DNA from: Bugula neritina
Lineage: Eukaryota; Animalia; Bryozoa
Reading direction: 5' to 3'
DNA length: 64,000 nt
Assembly (NCBI GenBank): GCA_964035545.1
Contig: OZ037773.1
Coordinates: forward strand, 5,609,751-5,673,750
The position numbers and the translations under genes were made by a program. A model generated the notes under the pieces. The model saw only the letters and a program-made list of their open reading frames with translations, searched no databases and had not been told where the DNA came from. The first letter of the stretch is position 1, and each line of letters opens with the position of its first letter. Below are positions 63,727 through 64,000 of the stretch, piece after piece.

Positions 63727-64000
63727 GTACGTTCTAGAAATGTAACAGTCTCACTGTCTGAACTTTATTTGTAGTTGAATGTCAAGGTCAGTAATGCGGA
63801 CTCAAGTTAATGCTATGATTATCTGCTTTTTACTCGTTTTGTTTTTAAAAAGCTTAAAACTGATGAATTCCAACCAGCATGGTGCTTTCGTAGATTAAAA
63901 AATATATACTACAATGCAGGCATACAAAAGTAACAAAATGTATGTCATTTCTGATAGCATTTGTAACACAGCTTCAATCTTCTTTGTCATAGAAATTACT

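Overview
AT-rich, intron-rich animal (invertebrate-like) genomic DNA. I reconstructed four spliced genes by hand from GT/GC-AG boundaries and reading phase. (1) ADAM10/Kuzbanian on + (2581-17335; the signal-peptide exon was not found and probably lies upstream). (2) A 5-exon gene of about 295 aa with no recognisable domain on - (18588-21901). (3) A 31-exon receptor protein tyrosine phosphatase on + (25657-56911): F-type lectin, FN3 repeats, furin site, TM, intact D1 and dead D2. (4) The 5' part of a CH-domain/SxIP navigator-like gene on + (61211 to the window end). Introns carry many minisatellites, several MITE families, a tRNA-derived SINE and a 2.86-kb ISL2EU-like foldback transposon with ~890-bp inverted arms. 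The main finding is that the ADAM10 exon encoding the active-site helix (HExGHxxG) is tandemly duplicated into two intact, divergent exons (9502-9671 and 10517-10683). Both are phase 1 to 0, so only mutually exclusive use keeps the frame. This suggests a splice switch between two catalytic clefts on one sheddase. Candidate RNA structures and splicing-factor motifs surround the pair. No database searches were possible, so novelty claims are provisional.
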